A stretch of DNA of 60,887 nt, the filler included. It is 2 parts of 2 records of this genome, joined end to end, with 100 filler letters (N's around TTAATTAATTAA, not from the genome) between each part and the next. Parts side by side here need not be neighbours in the genome. Positions count along the whole stretch, not along the records: positions 1 to 31,278 come from SRR31156797_4011; 1 more part is not named here. One strand, written 5' to 3'. The notes beneath the pieces are model-generated. The model was given only the letters and a program-made list of their open reading frames with translations. It had not been told where the DNA came from and made no database searches. The position numbers were made by a program, and so were the translations under genes. Position 1 is the first letter of the stretch. The number at the start of each line of letters is the position of its first letter. Positions 19,861 to 28,761 of this stretch are shown here, piece by piece.

Positions 19861-21051
19861 ATGAAGACTGCTGAAATCATGATCTGTGGAGCTGGGATTA
19901 TAGGTCTTACTGTAGCGCGTGAGCTTATTTCCAGAGGGTACAAGGATATTCTGATCATCGACAAAGAGCCCGAAATTGCAAAACATGCCTCCGGGCGCAA
20001 CAGCGGGGTCTTGCATGCCGGGATTTACTATGCTCCGGGCAGTCTACGTGCCGTATCCTGCCTTTCCGGCAATTTCAGAATGAAGGAATACTGCCGCGAA
20101 AAAGGATTACCCCTGCTGGAAACAGGCAAAGTAATTGTCGCCCGCGACGAAGACGAACTGCCCACCCTGCATGAACTACACAGTCGAGCCACCGCCAACG
20201 GAGCCAAAGTTGAGATTATCGACGAGCAGCGCCTTGCAGAAATAGAACCCAATGCAAAAACAACCAAAGAAGCATTGTTTTCACACTACACTGCTGTAGT
20301 GGACCCGCGTGCAGTAATGCAATCCCTGTATAACGATCTTGAATCAAGCGGAAAAGTATCCTTCATGCTCGGCACTAAGTTCATTACTACCAAAAACAAC
20401 AACATTATCATCACCGACAAAGGTGAAATCAATTGCGGTCTATTCATCAATGCAGCCGGAGCATACAGCGATCAGGTGGCCCGTCCCTTCGGATTCGGCG
20501 AAGGATACCAGCTCATCCCCTTCAAAGGCATCTATAAAAAACTCAAAAAGGAAAAGGCCCATACGATCAAAGGCAGTATCTACCCTGTCCCCAACATAAA
20601 AAATCCCTTTCTCGGTATCCACTTCACCCGTGGCGCCAGTGGAGACGTATACCTTGGCCCCACAGCCATCCCCGCATTCGGACGCGAGAACTACGGTATC
20701 CTGAGCGGATTAGATAAAGAAGCATTCGACATCATGCTTCGCGACGCCATTCTATTTTTCAAAAACCCCAAATTCCGCTCCGTTGCATTTGAAGAACCAC
20801 GCAAATATTTTTTCAAATGTTTTTTCAACGATGCAAAAAAACTGGTTAAAGAACTTTCCCCGGATGATATTGAAAGCACTCCCAAAGTGGGCATCCGCCC
20901 GCAATTAGTGGACCTGAAACGCAATGAACTAGTTATGGACTTTTTAGTGGAAAGTGATAAAAAGAGTATACATGTACTCAATGCTATTTCACCTGCCTTC
21001 ACCAGCTCCATGTACTTTGCTGAAATGATTGCGGAGAAATACATACACTAG
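19861..21051 (+). CDS. lhgO: L-2-hydroxyglutarate oxidase-like FAD oxidoreductase
   Basis: 'GAGIIG', 'HASGRNSGVLHAGIYY', 'IYPVP..NPFLGIHFT', 'GIRPQ', 'HVLNAISPAFTSS'. Confidence 0.85.
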   Translation: MKTAEIMICGAGIIGLTVARELISRGYKDILIIDKEPEIAKHASGRNSGVLHAGIYYAPGSLRAVSCLSGNFRMKEYCREKGLPLLETGKVIVARDEDELPTLHELHSRATANGAKVEIIDEQRLAEIEPNAKTTKEALFSHYTAVVDPRAVMQSLYNDLESSGKVSFMLGTKFITTKNNNIIITDKGEINCGLFINAAGAYSDQVARPFGFGEGYQLIPFKGIYKKLKKEKAHTIKGSIYPVPNIKNPFLGIHFTRGASGDVYLGPTAIPAFGRENYGILSGLDKEAFDIMLRDAILFFKNPKFRSVAFEEPRKYFFKCFFNDAKKLVKELSPDDIESTPKVGIRPQLVDLKRNELVMDFLVESDKKSIHVLNAISPAFTSSMYFAEMIAEKYIH

Positions 21052-21069
21052 AGAATGTATGTATTTTAC

Positions 21070-21094
21070 AATGCAAAAAACATTTTTTTGCATT
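21070..21094. terminator. AT-rich inverted repeat after lhgO (terminator or operator)
   Basis: AATGCAAAAAA-CAT-TTTTTTGCATT. Confidence 0.4.
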
Positions 21095-21301
21095 CCGTCA
21101 CCAAGCTGTAACAGTTAAAAAGAACTTGACTTTAAGCTTCATACAGGAAAAAACTTTTCTCGGACTTCAAAGTTGCCTCTAAACAATAAATACACCGCTG
21201 TATGTATCTTTTAGATACCTGCCACAAAGCGTTTTTGCTGACAGTATTGTTTAACAACCAGAGGTAGCTCTTAAATATACAAGTCATAGGAGAACTTTAG
21301 T

Positions 21302-22381
21302 ATGAATCTTCCTCAGCTTAAAATTGGTGATCTGGTAGCCAAGGTGCCCGTAATTCAGGGCGGCATGGGTGTGGGAATTTCCCTCTCCGGCCTTGCTTCC
21401 GCAGTTGCCAAAGAAGGCGGCATCGGCGTTATCGCTGCTGCAATGATCGGCCTTACCAACAAAAATGGCGGTAAGGATCACGCAAGAGCACACATCGACA
21501 CTCTGGCCGAAGAAATCCGCAAGGCCAAAGACATGACCTCCGGCATCCTCGGCGTAAACATCATGGTTGCCCTGTCCAACTTCGCGGACATGGTCAGCAC
21601 CTCCGTAAAGGAAGGTGCGGATGTTATTTTTTCCGGTGCCGGACTGCCTTTGGATCTGCCCAAATACCTGCATGACGGAGCAAAGACCAAACTGGTCCCC
21701 ATTGTTTCCTCCGGTCGCGCAGCATCCATCATCTGCAAGAAATGGATCTCCAAATTCGACTACCTGCCTGACGCATTCGTAGTTGAAGGCCCCATGGCAG
21801 GCGGACACCTCGGCTTCAAACGCGAACAGCTCAACGATCCCAAATTCGCCCTCGAAAACATCCTTCCCGAAGTAATCAAAGCTGTTAAGCCCTTCGAAGA
21901 GAAAACAGGCCGAACCATCCCGGTTATCGCTGCAGGCGGTGTTTATTCCGGTGAAGACATCAGCAAGTTTCTCGATATGGGAGCTGCCGGAGTCCAGATG
22001 GGAACCCGCTTTGTTGCTACCCACGAGTGCGATGCTGACGAAGAATTCAAACAGGCTTACGTAAATTCCACTAAAGAAGATATGGCCATCATCCAGAGTC
22101 CCGTAGGACTCCCCGGCAGAGCAGTTAACAACGACTTTCTGCAAGCGGTAACCGATGGTAAAAAATCTCCCTTCAAATGCCCGTTCCATTGCATCAAGAG
22201 CTGCAAAGTTGAACAAAGCCCCTACTGCATCGCAGCTGCACTGATCAATGCCCAGCGCGGTAAGCTGAAAAACGGTTTTGCTTTTGCCGGCTCCAATGCC
22301 TGGAGAACCGAAAAGATCATCTCCGTTAAGCAGCTCATCTCAGATCTCAAATCTGAATTCGATCGCGCCGTCGCCCGCTAA
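21302..22381 (+). CDS. Nitronate monooxygenase / FabK-like FMN-dependent oxidoreductase
   Basis: 'PVIQGGMGVGIS', 'SGAGLP', 'VEGPMAGGH', 'IAAGG', 'GVQMGTRF', Cys cluster 'CPFHCIKSC...YCI'. Confidence 0.9.
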   Translation: MNLPQLKIGDLVAKVPVIQGGMGVGISLSGLASAVAKEGGIGVIAAAMIGLTNKNGGKDHARAHIDTLAEEIRKAKDMTSGILGVNIMVALSNFADMVSTSVKEGADVIFSGAGLPLDLPKYLHDGAKTKLVPIVSSGRAASIICKKWISKFDYLPDAFVVEGPMAGGHLGFKREQLNDPKFALENILPEVIKAVKPFEEKTGRTIPVIAAGGVYSGEDISKFLDMGAAGVQMGTRFVATHECDADEEFKQAYVNSTKEDMAIIQSPVGLPGRAVNNDFLQAVTDGKKSPFKCPFHCIKSCKVEQSPYCIAAALINAQRGKLKNGFAFAGSNAWRTEKIISVKQLISDLKSEFDRAVAR

Positions 22382-22399
22382 GCTGACTTCTCCATAAGA

Positions 22400-22442
22400 A
22401 AACAAAAAGGCGTTCCACATTATGTGGAACGCCTTTTTGTTT
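22400..22442 (+). terminator. Intrinsic terminator
   Basis: AAACAAAAAGGCGTTCCACAT/ATGTGGAACGCCTTTTTGTTT. Confidence 0.9.
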
Positions 22443-22547
22443 TGATGCGCTTCGCGCTTTTAAATCAAAATATTTCGCCTACCGGCGGCTTAAACCATTT
22501 TTGTAAAAAGAGTTTAAGAATCCCAAAAACTTTTATTAAGCTTCGCT
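22441..22547. repeat. Putative dispersed intergenic palindromic element (REP/MITE-like)
   Basis: Serial mini-hairpins GCGC-TTC-GCGC, CGCC-TACC-GGCG and CTTAAAC..TTTTT-GT-AAAAA..GTTTAAG; only one copy in this window. Confidence 0.45.
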
Positions 22548-22575
22548 GTATGAAATGACAGACTTCCAATAAATT

Positions 22576-23103
22576 TTACTTCTTCTCAGCCGCTTTCTTT
22601 TCTTCTTTCTTGGGATCTTCTTTAGGAGTTGCTTCTTTCGTGAGAGCAGTCTTTTTAGGCGCGGCTTTCTTTGCAGCAGGCTTCTTGCGCTTAGTAATTA
22701 TGGATTCCAGCTTTTCCGCTGCGGCTTGAGCATCACCGGACTCACCTAAATAATGCATCTCGCCCTGAGGGGATATCCAGTGCCATCCTTCGGGCTTTTT
22801 AAGCACCCTGGCCCCCTTTGAATCAAGATAGTCCTTGAAAGATGCCTTCTCAAGACTTTCATCAATCTGCACGGTCAGCTTACGGTTCTCGGCCATAGCC
22901 TGAGTGTGGCGAAAAATTTCAAAAGCACTGTGAACCAAATCAAATGCCGGATCTTCGATTACACATTTTTTGGAGGACAGCTCTTTTTCAAGCTGGGCCA
23001 GATCCTTTTTCAGGCTGCGAATTTCAAACAGAGCATCCTTACGGGCTTCTTCACTCTTGTCATTAATTGCATTGGTTACTGCCGCTGCGGTCTGTTTTTT
23101 CAT
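22576..23103 (-). CDS. Hypothetical protein (coiled coil, WHW motif, Lys/Ala-rich tail)
   Basis: GGAGG RBS before ATG 23103; 175 aa; 'GWHWISPQGEMHYLG'; PAAKKAAPKK tail. Confidence 0.75.
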   Translation of the reverse strand: MKKQTAAAVTNAINDKSEEARKDALFEIRSLKKDLAQLEKELSSKKCVIEDPAFDLVHSAFEIFRHTQAMAENRKLTVQIDESLEKASFKDYLDSKGARVLKKPEGWHWISPQGEMHYLGESGDAQAAAEKLESIITKRKKPAAKKAAPKKTALTKEATPKEDPKKEEKKAAEKK

Positions 23104-23181
23104 CAAACGTCCTCCAGAATTGTTAAGTTAATTTTTGCTTAACACACCTGTCTGCAAAAGACTATATCAAACTAGCGGATT

Positions 23182-24144
23182 TTACTGTTCTTCCTCAGTT
23201 TTATCTGAATCAGGCGACTGATTGCCAGCCAACGGATGAGCCTTGTCATAAACATTCATAATCTGTTGCAAGTTCAGATGGGTGTAGCGCTGGGTGGTGC
23301 TCAAATGCTCATGCCCCAAAAGTTCCTGTACTGAACGCATATCCGCCCCGGACTGCAGCATGTGCGAAGCAAAGCTGTGCCTGAGCATATGCGGATGCAC
23401 CCCCTCGTGCAGTCCTGCACCTTCAGCCATACGGGCAAGGATACGGTTGACCTGCCTACGGTTAATACGCCCACCGCGGTTCCCCACAAAAAGAGCCTGT
23501 TCCTCAAGGGCAGGCCCCAACTCGGCTCGAACTGCCAGGTAATCATTAACCGCCTTGCAAGCCGCATCACTCAAGGGAGAAAGCCGCTCCTTGTTCCCCT
23601 TACCGGAAACACGAACCACTCCGCTGGAGGTATCAATATCAAAAAGGTCGAGAGTAATAGCTTCACTGACCCGCAATCCAGAACCATACAACATTTCAGC
23701 CAAGGCTAAATCACGTTTATCCGCTGGTTCATCCCCCACATGCGCATCCATAAGATTCACGGCCTGATCCACATTCAGGGAACGGGGATGGCGAATCTCC
23801 TGTTTGGGATTCCTGATCCCGACCATAGGGTCATTATGGATGAACCGATGCTTAGTCATATACTTGAAAAATGAACGTAAGGATGAAAGCTTACGCGACA
23901 TGGTCGACTTTGCCAGACGTTGCCCATGCAGCTTGGCAAGAAAGCCGCGCACAAGGTCCGGGGTGACCTTCTCTGGTCTGGCAAGGGAGTTTTTACGGGT
24001 CTCCAGGAATTCCTCGAACTGGGAAAGGTCCTTTGTATAAGAACGCAGTGTGGCAGAGGAGGACCGTTTTTCCACATCCAGATAAGTCATGAAGACTTGT
24101 ACTGGCTCGGGCAAATCCTTATTTGTTCCTGCGGTCAAGGACAT
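23182..24144 (-). CDS. xerC: Tyrosine recombinase XerC
   Basis: 'LYGSGLRVSE', 'GKGNKER', 'HPHMLRHSFASH', 'LLGH', 'TQRYTH', C-terminal 'YDKAHP'. Confidence 0.92.
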   Translation of the reverse strand: MSLTAGTNKDLPEPVQVFMTYLDVEKRSSSATLRSYTKDLSQFEEFLETRKNSLARPEKVTPDLVRGFLAKLHGQRLAKSTMSRKLSSLRSFFKYMTKHRFIHNDPMVGIRNPKQEIRHPRSLNVDQAVNLMDAHVGDEPADKRDLALAEMLYGSGLRVSEAITLDLFDIDTSSGVVRVSGKGNKERLSPLSDAACKAVNDYLAVRAELGPALEEQALFVGNRGGRINRRQVNRILARMAEGAGLHEGVHPHMLRHSFASHMLQSGADMRSVQELLGHEHLSTTQRYTHLNLQQIMNVYDKAHPLAGNQSPDSDKTEEEQ

Positions 24145-25108
24145 AGCTACTCTTTGGGTTTTCCTTGGCTTTCTTCTTCAGCGCCATAGCAATGGCTGAA
24201 GCCTCACCAAAGTGCTTCATCCGGCCATCAAAATTGAATACAACGGCAATGGAAATAGCCATCAATGGAAAAGTCTGTGTATTGCCCTGACGGTCTTTGG
24301 AAACAATAGATTTGCGCTGACGGTCTTCCATGTCATAAAAATTGGGAACAATACCGTCGAATGAAAAAATTATGCGCTGGCAGACTTCTTCAATTATGTC
24401 AGGGGAGGTAATAACCACAAAATCGTCACCGCCCACATGACCGACAAAAGTCTGTTCCCCGGCAAAACTCTTAACCGTATTGACGATAATGCGGGCACTC
24501 ATCATGAGCACTTCATCGCCGCGGGAAAAACCATATTTATCGTTGAACGACTTGAAGTAATCAAGATCGCAATATGCAAGGGCAAAATCCTGCTTGCGGT
24601 CAATAAGACTTTGAATCTTCTGGATAATGGAAGTATTACCCGGAAGTTTGGACAAGGGGTTAGCATCAAGTGCACGAAGGGCGCGGCAAAGAGTCAGATT
24701 CACCCTTTCCCGAACAACGGGCAGAAAAAACGGACGGACCAGAAAATCATCAACTTCGACTTTGTTCCAATCCCATGGGTGCTGGAGATCGGTATCATCA
24801 AGACAAATGATTACCGGAAGCTGGCGGTAAACATTTTCGCTTTTGACCAGACGAGCCAACTCCTGAGCCGGGACATCTTCCACCCTGCTGTCCACAATAA
24901 GCAAGTCTGGAGGATCATTGAAAAGATGCTCTACTGCCCCGCGCGCCTCAGTATAGCAAGTAAATTCAAGCACATCCTTCGGCCATATTTCAAACAGCAG
25001 GTCGCGCAGAGAATTATCTGGAGAAACCAGAATAGCCCTATGTTTTGTCAGCCCCAACAGACCATGATCCTTATTCTTGTCCATAGCCAACGGTTTAACA
25101 TCAACCAT
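24119..25108 (-). CDS. Atypical receiver + GGDEF (GGDDF) diguanylate cyclase
   Basis: REC 'PPDLLIVD...DDFLVRP'; 'DANPLSKLPGN', 'DLDYFKSFNDKYG', 'GHVGGDDF'. Confidence 0.88.
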   Translation of the reverse strand: MVDVKPLAMDKNKDHGLLGLTKHRAILVSPDNSLRDLLFEIWPKDVLEFTCYTEARGAVEHLFNDPPDLLIVDSRVEDVPAQELARLVKSENVYRQLPVIICLDDTDLQHPWDWNKVEVDDFLVRPFFLPVVRERVNLTLCRALRALDANPLSKLPGNTSIIQKIQSLIDRKQDFALAYCDLDYFKSFNDKYGFSRGDEVLMMSARIIVNTVKSFAGEQTFVGHVGGDDFVVITSPDIIEEVCQRIIFSFDGIVPNFYDMEDRQRKSIVSKDRQGNTQTFPLMAISIAVVFNFDGRMKHFGEASAIAMALKKKAKENPKSSYVLDRRNK

Positions 25109-25172
25109 TGGAAAACGTCAAAGCTCAAGCGGACCACGTTCCGATAAATTACAAAAAAAATAACAAACTGAG

Positions 25173-26012
25173 TTAGAAAGTAAGGTCGGAGATCTCCATG
25201 AATTTATCGGAGACCTCATCCATGACGGGCTCAAGATCCTTCATTTTCAACTTCAAAATTTTCATGGCAGCAGGTTTGAAATACGCAATCTGGTCATCCC
25301 CACCGTTTCCGTATTCAAAAAGCCGAACCATAAAATCGCCGACATGAACCACTGCGGCGGTCTGCTGGTAATGCTGAGCTCGGTCGGGGTGGTGATGATA
25401 GGTCATGGCCTCGCGGACATTAGGAGGAAGGTGCCAGTGGCGGGCCAACCATGCATTAATGCGGTCATGACCGAACCCGAGAATATGTCGTTCAGCCTCA
25501 TAGTAAGTCAGATCCTTTTCCTGCACAGTCATGCGTACTGCTTCATTGAGTTCCGGCAGCTGCACTGCGGTAACGACTTTACCGAGATCATGAAGCAACC
25601 CGGCCACGGTGAATTCTTCTGGATCTTCAAAACCTGCGGCCTTGGCAATAGCACCACTGGCCATGGCGCAACCAAGGCTATGCTCCCAAAGCCCGGACAT
25701 GGCCTGCTGAATCATATCAAAGACAGAGGTAGAAATAATAATACCCCGGATAACATTCAGCCCAAGCAGCACAAGGGCGTGCTGAATGGTGGTGATCCTT
25801 CCCGGGAAGCCGTAAATGGGCGAGTTAACCATTTTAAGGACCTTGGCGGAAAGCACCTGATCCTGAGAAATAACTTTAGCTACCTGCTCGGTTGAAGAGT
25901 TGGGGTCATCCACAAGCTTGGTGACCTCGTCAAGAACCGAAGGCAGGGTCGGAAGATCGGAGGTGGAAAGAATCTGGCCTTTTACACTGGTTTTAAGATC
26001 CTGATCGGCCAT
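25173..26012 (-). CDS. HDOD domain protein
   Basis: 'LPTLPSV', 'DQVLSAKVLKMVNSPIYG', 'LWEHS', 'AGLLHDLGK', 'W.LP...YHH'. Confidence 0.93.
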   Translation of the reverse strand: MADQDLKTSVKGQILSTSDLPTLPSVLDEVTKLVDDPNSSTEQVAKVISQDQVLSAKVLKMVNSPIYGFPGRITTIQHALVLLGLNVIRGIIISTSVFDMIQQAMSGLWEHSLGCAMASGAIAKAAGFEDPEEFTVAGLLHDLGKVVTAVQLPELNEAVRMTVQEKDLTYYEAERHILGFGHDRINAWLARHWHLPPNVREAMTYHHHPDRAQHYQQTAAVVHVGDFMVRLFEYGNGGDDQIAYFKPAAMKILKLKMKDLEPVMDEVSDKFMEISDLTF

Positions 26013-26423
26013 CTATGCTTCCTCCCCGTTTGCTGCTGCTTCTTCTACTGCGGCAGCTTCGGCTGCAGCCTGTTCTTCAGCCAGTCTTTCAGCTTCTTCT
26101 TCAGCCTTCTGGGCAGCAGCCTTGAGGTCGAAATATTCTTTGAAAAAACCTTTAACCCGAAACATCCATTTATCCTTGCCGTAACGGCGGAAAAGATGAT
26201 CAAGCCGTTCCGACTTCTTGCCCCATGAGGAGTTGTCATTATCCCCAAGATCAACGGGATTACCTTTGACCACAATACGTTCAACATCCATAGTCTCCAG
26301 CTTCTGGATGATCCCTTCGGTAAGTTCCAGACCTTCGGCAAGGACAACCATACCGTTATCGCGGGTTACAGGCTTGGCAAGCTTCATACCCGGAGCCGCA
26401 AGTTTAACCGGAATTTTCTGCAT
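26013..26423 (-). CDS. Hypothetical protein resembling the N-terminal module of HD-GYP/HDOD proteins
   Basis: 'PGMKLAKPV..DNG.V.LAEG.ELT..II.KL'; GGAG RBS; stop codon abuts the HDOD start. Confidence 0.7.
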   Translation of the reverse strand: MQKIPVKLAAPGMKLAKPVTRDNGMVVLAEGLELTEGIIQKLETMDVERIVVKGNPVDLGDNDNSSWGKKSERLDHLFRRYGKDKWMFRVKGFFKEYFDLKAAAQKAEEEAERLAEEQAAAEAAAVEEAAANGEEA

Positions 26424-26465
26424 CAGTCGGACTTCTCCTAATAAAATTCAAAATACCCGCCCATA

Positions 26466-27680
26466 TTAACAACGCTTGAGATCATAATACATGCCGGGAA
26501 AGCGCACAACCATTCCCTTGACCTCCATGCCGAGTATCACCGCCCCGGTCACGGAAACATTAATCCCCGCCGCACGGGCAATCTCATCAATATGCAGCTT
26601 CCCGCCACTTTCAAGAGCCTTAGCAATATCTGACTCAGGCGGCTCAAGCGCGGAGATATCAACAGCTGGCCCAGTAGGCTCTACCTCTGCAGAAACTACG
26701 GCCTGTGCGGGAGAACTGTTTTTATCCCTACTCTTGACCGGGAGCTTACGCTCAGCCCCAACATTCGTTTTCTGCCCGGAAATATTATCAACATCGAGAG
26801 CGTGCCTGATACTCATTAATACATCATCAGCGGTTTCCACAAGGGCCGCGCCTTCCTTAATCAATTTCAAACATCCGGCAAAACTCTTGTCCCCGCTGGG
26901 ACCGGGCATAGCCATAACTTCCCTGCCCTGCTCTCCAGCAAGACGGGCAGTAACAAGGCTGCCGCTGGCGATTTCAGCCTCCACAACCACAACGCCAATA
27001 CTTAACCCGCTGATCAAACGGTTGCGAAAAGGAAAATTGCGGGCAAAAGGCTTTGTGCCCGGAGGAAATTCAGAAATGATCAGCCCGGACTCAAGAATGC
27101 CTTTACGCAGCCAACTACTGTCCGGCGGATAGGAGTCTACATCCAGACCGGTCCCCAGTACTGCGACAGTTGACCCGACGCCTTGCAGGGCCGCTTCATG
27201 AGCGCAGGAGTCTATACCTTTTGCAAAACCGGAAGTAACCGTAATCCCGCTCCTTGATAAATTTGCTGCAAGCCTTGCGGCACACTCCATTCCCAGTCGT
27301 CCGCTATTGCGTGATCCCACAATACCCACAGCCGGATTGGACAGCAGTTCAGGATCACCAAAATAATAAAGGCAAGTTGGAGGATCTGATAATTCTTTGA
27401 GCAGGTCGGGAAAGAGAGGATGGGTCCACGGCAGGATTCCGAAGTCAAGACGCACTGCTTCACGGTATTCCTTTTCCGCCTTTACACGCCACTCCTCTTT
27501 CTGTGCTGCTTCGGAACTCTTCTCCGAAGCAAGCCTGAGGGATGGCCAGTTGGGTGCATCTTTCAACCCTTCATAAGCTGTAGGATAATACCTGAGGATC
27601 GGACCCCATGATTTAGGTCCAAGCCCCGGCGTATAACGCAGGGCCAGACATGCAAAATATTCTTCCTGAAGGGAGCTCAC
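26466..27680 (-). CDS. dprA: DNA-processing protein DprA
   Basis: 'VGIVGSR', 'SGFAKGIDSCAH', 'FPFRNRLISGLS', 'VVEA..SGSLVTA', 'GREV', C-terminal winged helix. Confidence 0.95.
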   Translation of the reverse strand: MSSLQEEYFACLALRYTPGLGPKSWGPILRYYPTAYEGLKDAPNWPSLRLASEKSSEAAQKEEWRVKAEKEYREAVRLDFGILPWTHPLFPDLLKELSDPPTCLYYFGDPELLSNPAVGIVGSRNSGRLGMECAARLAANLSRSGITVTSGFAKGIDSCAHEAALQGVGSTVAVLGTGLDVDSYPPDSSWLRKGILESGLIISEFPPGTKPFARNFPFRNRLISGLSIGVVVVEAEIASGSLVTARLAGEQGREVMAMPGPSGDKSFAGCLKLIKEGAALVETADDVLMSIRHALDVDNISGQKTNVGAERKLPVKSRDKNSSPAQAVVSAEVEPTGPAVDISALEPPESDIAKALESGGKLHIDEIARAAGINVSVTGAVILGMEVKGMVVRFPGMYYDLKRC

Positions 27681-27701
27681 CTACGGCCGCCGCAGAAGGA
27701 A

Positions 27702-28553
27702 CTACCCTTCGATTGCACGCAGACGTTCCCGACCGATCTTTGCGGGATCGGACTTAGGATAATCTTCGATCAAAGTTCGCAGGTAAAAAACAGCATTTTC
27801 ACGGTCGCCCAGTTTATCGTAGGCCAGACCGATCTTGAGCATGGCGTCAGGGACCTTACCGGCCTTGGGAAAACGTCTGCTCACTTCCTTGAACTTGAGG
27901 ATAGACTGAGCAAAACTCTTTTCGGAATAGAAGGTCTCCCCGATCCAATAAAGAGCATTGGGAGCAAATTTGGAAGAAGGATTCTGAGCCAGATATTGTT
28001 CCAGCAGTCCACGCGCCTTCAGCGGATTATCATTCATCACCAGCCGCACGCCTTCCTGATATAAAGCATCACCACTCAAGGTGGAAGCTGGAGCCGGAAC
28101 GGCAGCAGGGGTAGAAGCCGGCTTAGCTGCAGCAGTAGTTGCAGCTTCACCAGGAACAATCATCCACGGTTTTTCCTCGCTGCTGGTGTTACCACCCATA
28201 ACCACTTCTTCAGCCACAACGGTTTCCTCAGCAGGGATTTCCTGCTCAACCTTCATAGCCATCATCTTCTGCTGGTTTTCCTTAAGCTCGGCAAGAGTGC
28301 TGTCCAGCTCGGTCATCCGCTCCTGAATCTTTTCTATTTGAGCAGTGGTATCTTTGTGGTTGCTTTCAATCAGGTCATTCTGTTGCCGCAGCCCTTCCTT
28401 GAAGTGTAAAAAATTTTCTTCAAGACTTTTAAGGCGCCATTCTTCACTTCCGCCCCATGCGGGTTTAACCGGCTCCTCAGGCTGCTTTGCCGCAAAACAT
28501 CCGCAAACGGCGAAAGCCAGAATAACAACAAGAAGGATTCGTAAGTACTGCAT
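27702..28553 (-). CDS. cpoB: Tol-Pal-associated TPR lipoprotein CpoB/YbgF
   Basis: Start reassigned to ATG 28553 (GGAGA RBS, lipobox VCGC); coiled coil plus TPRs 'APNALYWIGE', 'KVPDAMLKIG'. Confidence 0.85.
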   Translation of the reverse strand: MQYLRILLVVILAFAVCGCFAAKQPEEPVKPAWGGSEEWRLKSLEENFLHFKEGLRQQNDLIESNHKDTTAQIEKIQERMTELDSTLAELKENQQKMMAMKVEQEIPAEETVVAEEVVMGGNTSSEEKPWMIVPGEAATTAAAKPASTPAAVPAPASTLSGDALYQEGVRLVMNDNPLKARGLLEQYLAQNPSSKFAPNALYWIGETFYSEKSFAQSILKFKEVSRRFPKAGKVPDAMLKIGLAYDKLGDRENAVFYLRTLIEDYPKSDPAKIGRERLRAIEG

Positions 28554-28761
28554 CAAATATTCTCCGAAAGACATGTTGAATCTAACTGGTGAATTTGGTT
28601 CAAGTTTCAACGAATTTAAAGTAGGCCACTTAATCAGATTTGGCAAGCATATCTAACCTTTTACATAATGGGCAGCCCCCTGCCCTTGCGTCCTGTGCAA
28701 ATTTAGGGCAAAAAGTGCACACAAAAGAAGTCTTTAAAACCCTTATTTTAGGAAAGCAAAT

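Noticed and set aside
21284-22216. 310-aa antisense ORF over the nitronate monooxygenase gene
   Set aside because: Codon-bias shadow of a well-supported gene on the other strand
23182-24144. Tyrosine recombinase as a prophage/island integrase
   Set aside because: XerC-type motifs and size, no arm-binding domain, no att repeat, tRNA or phage genes nearby
24119-25108. Hypr-type (cGAMP-making) GGDEF
   Set aside because: Retains Asp in 'GDEVL' at the specificity position where Hypr enzymes have Ser/Thr
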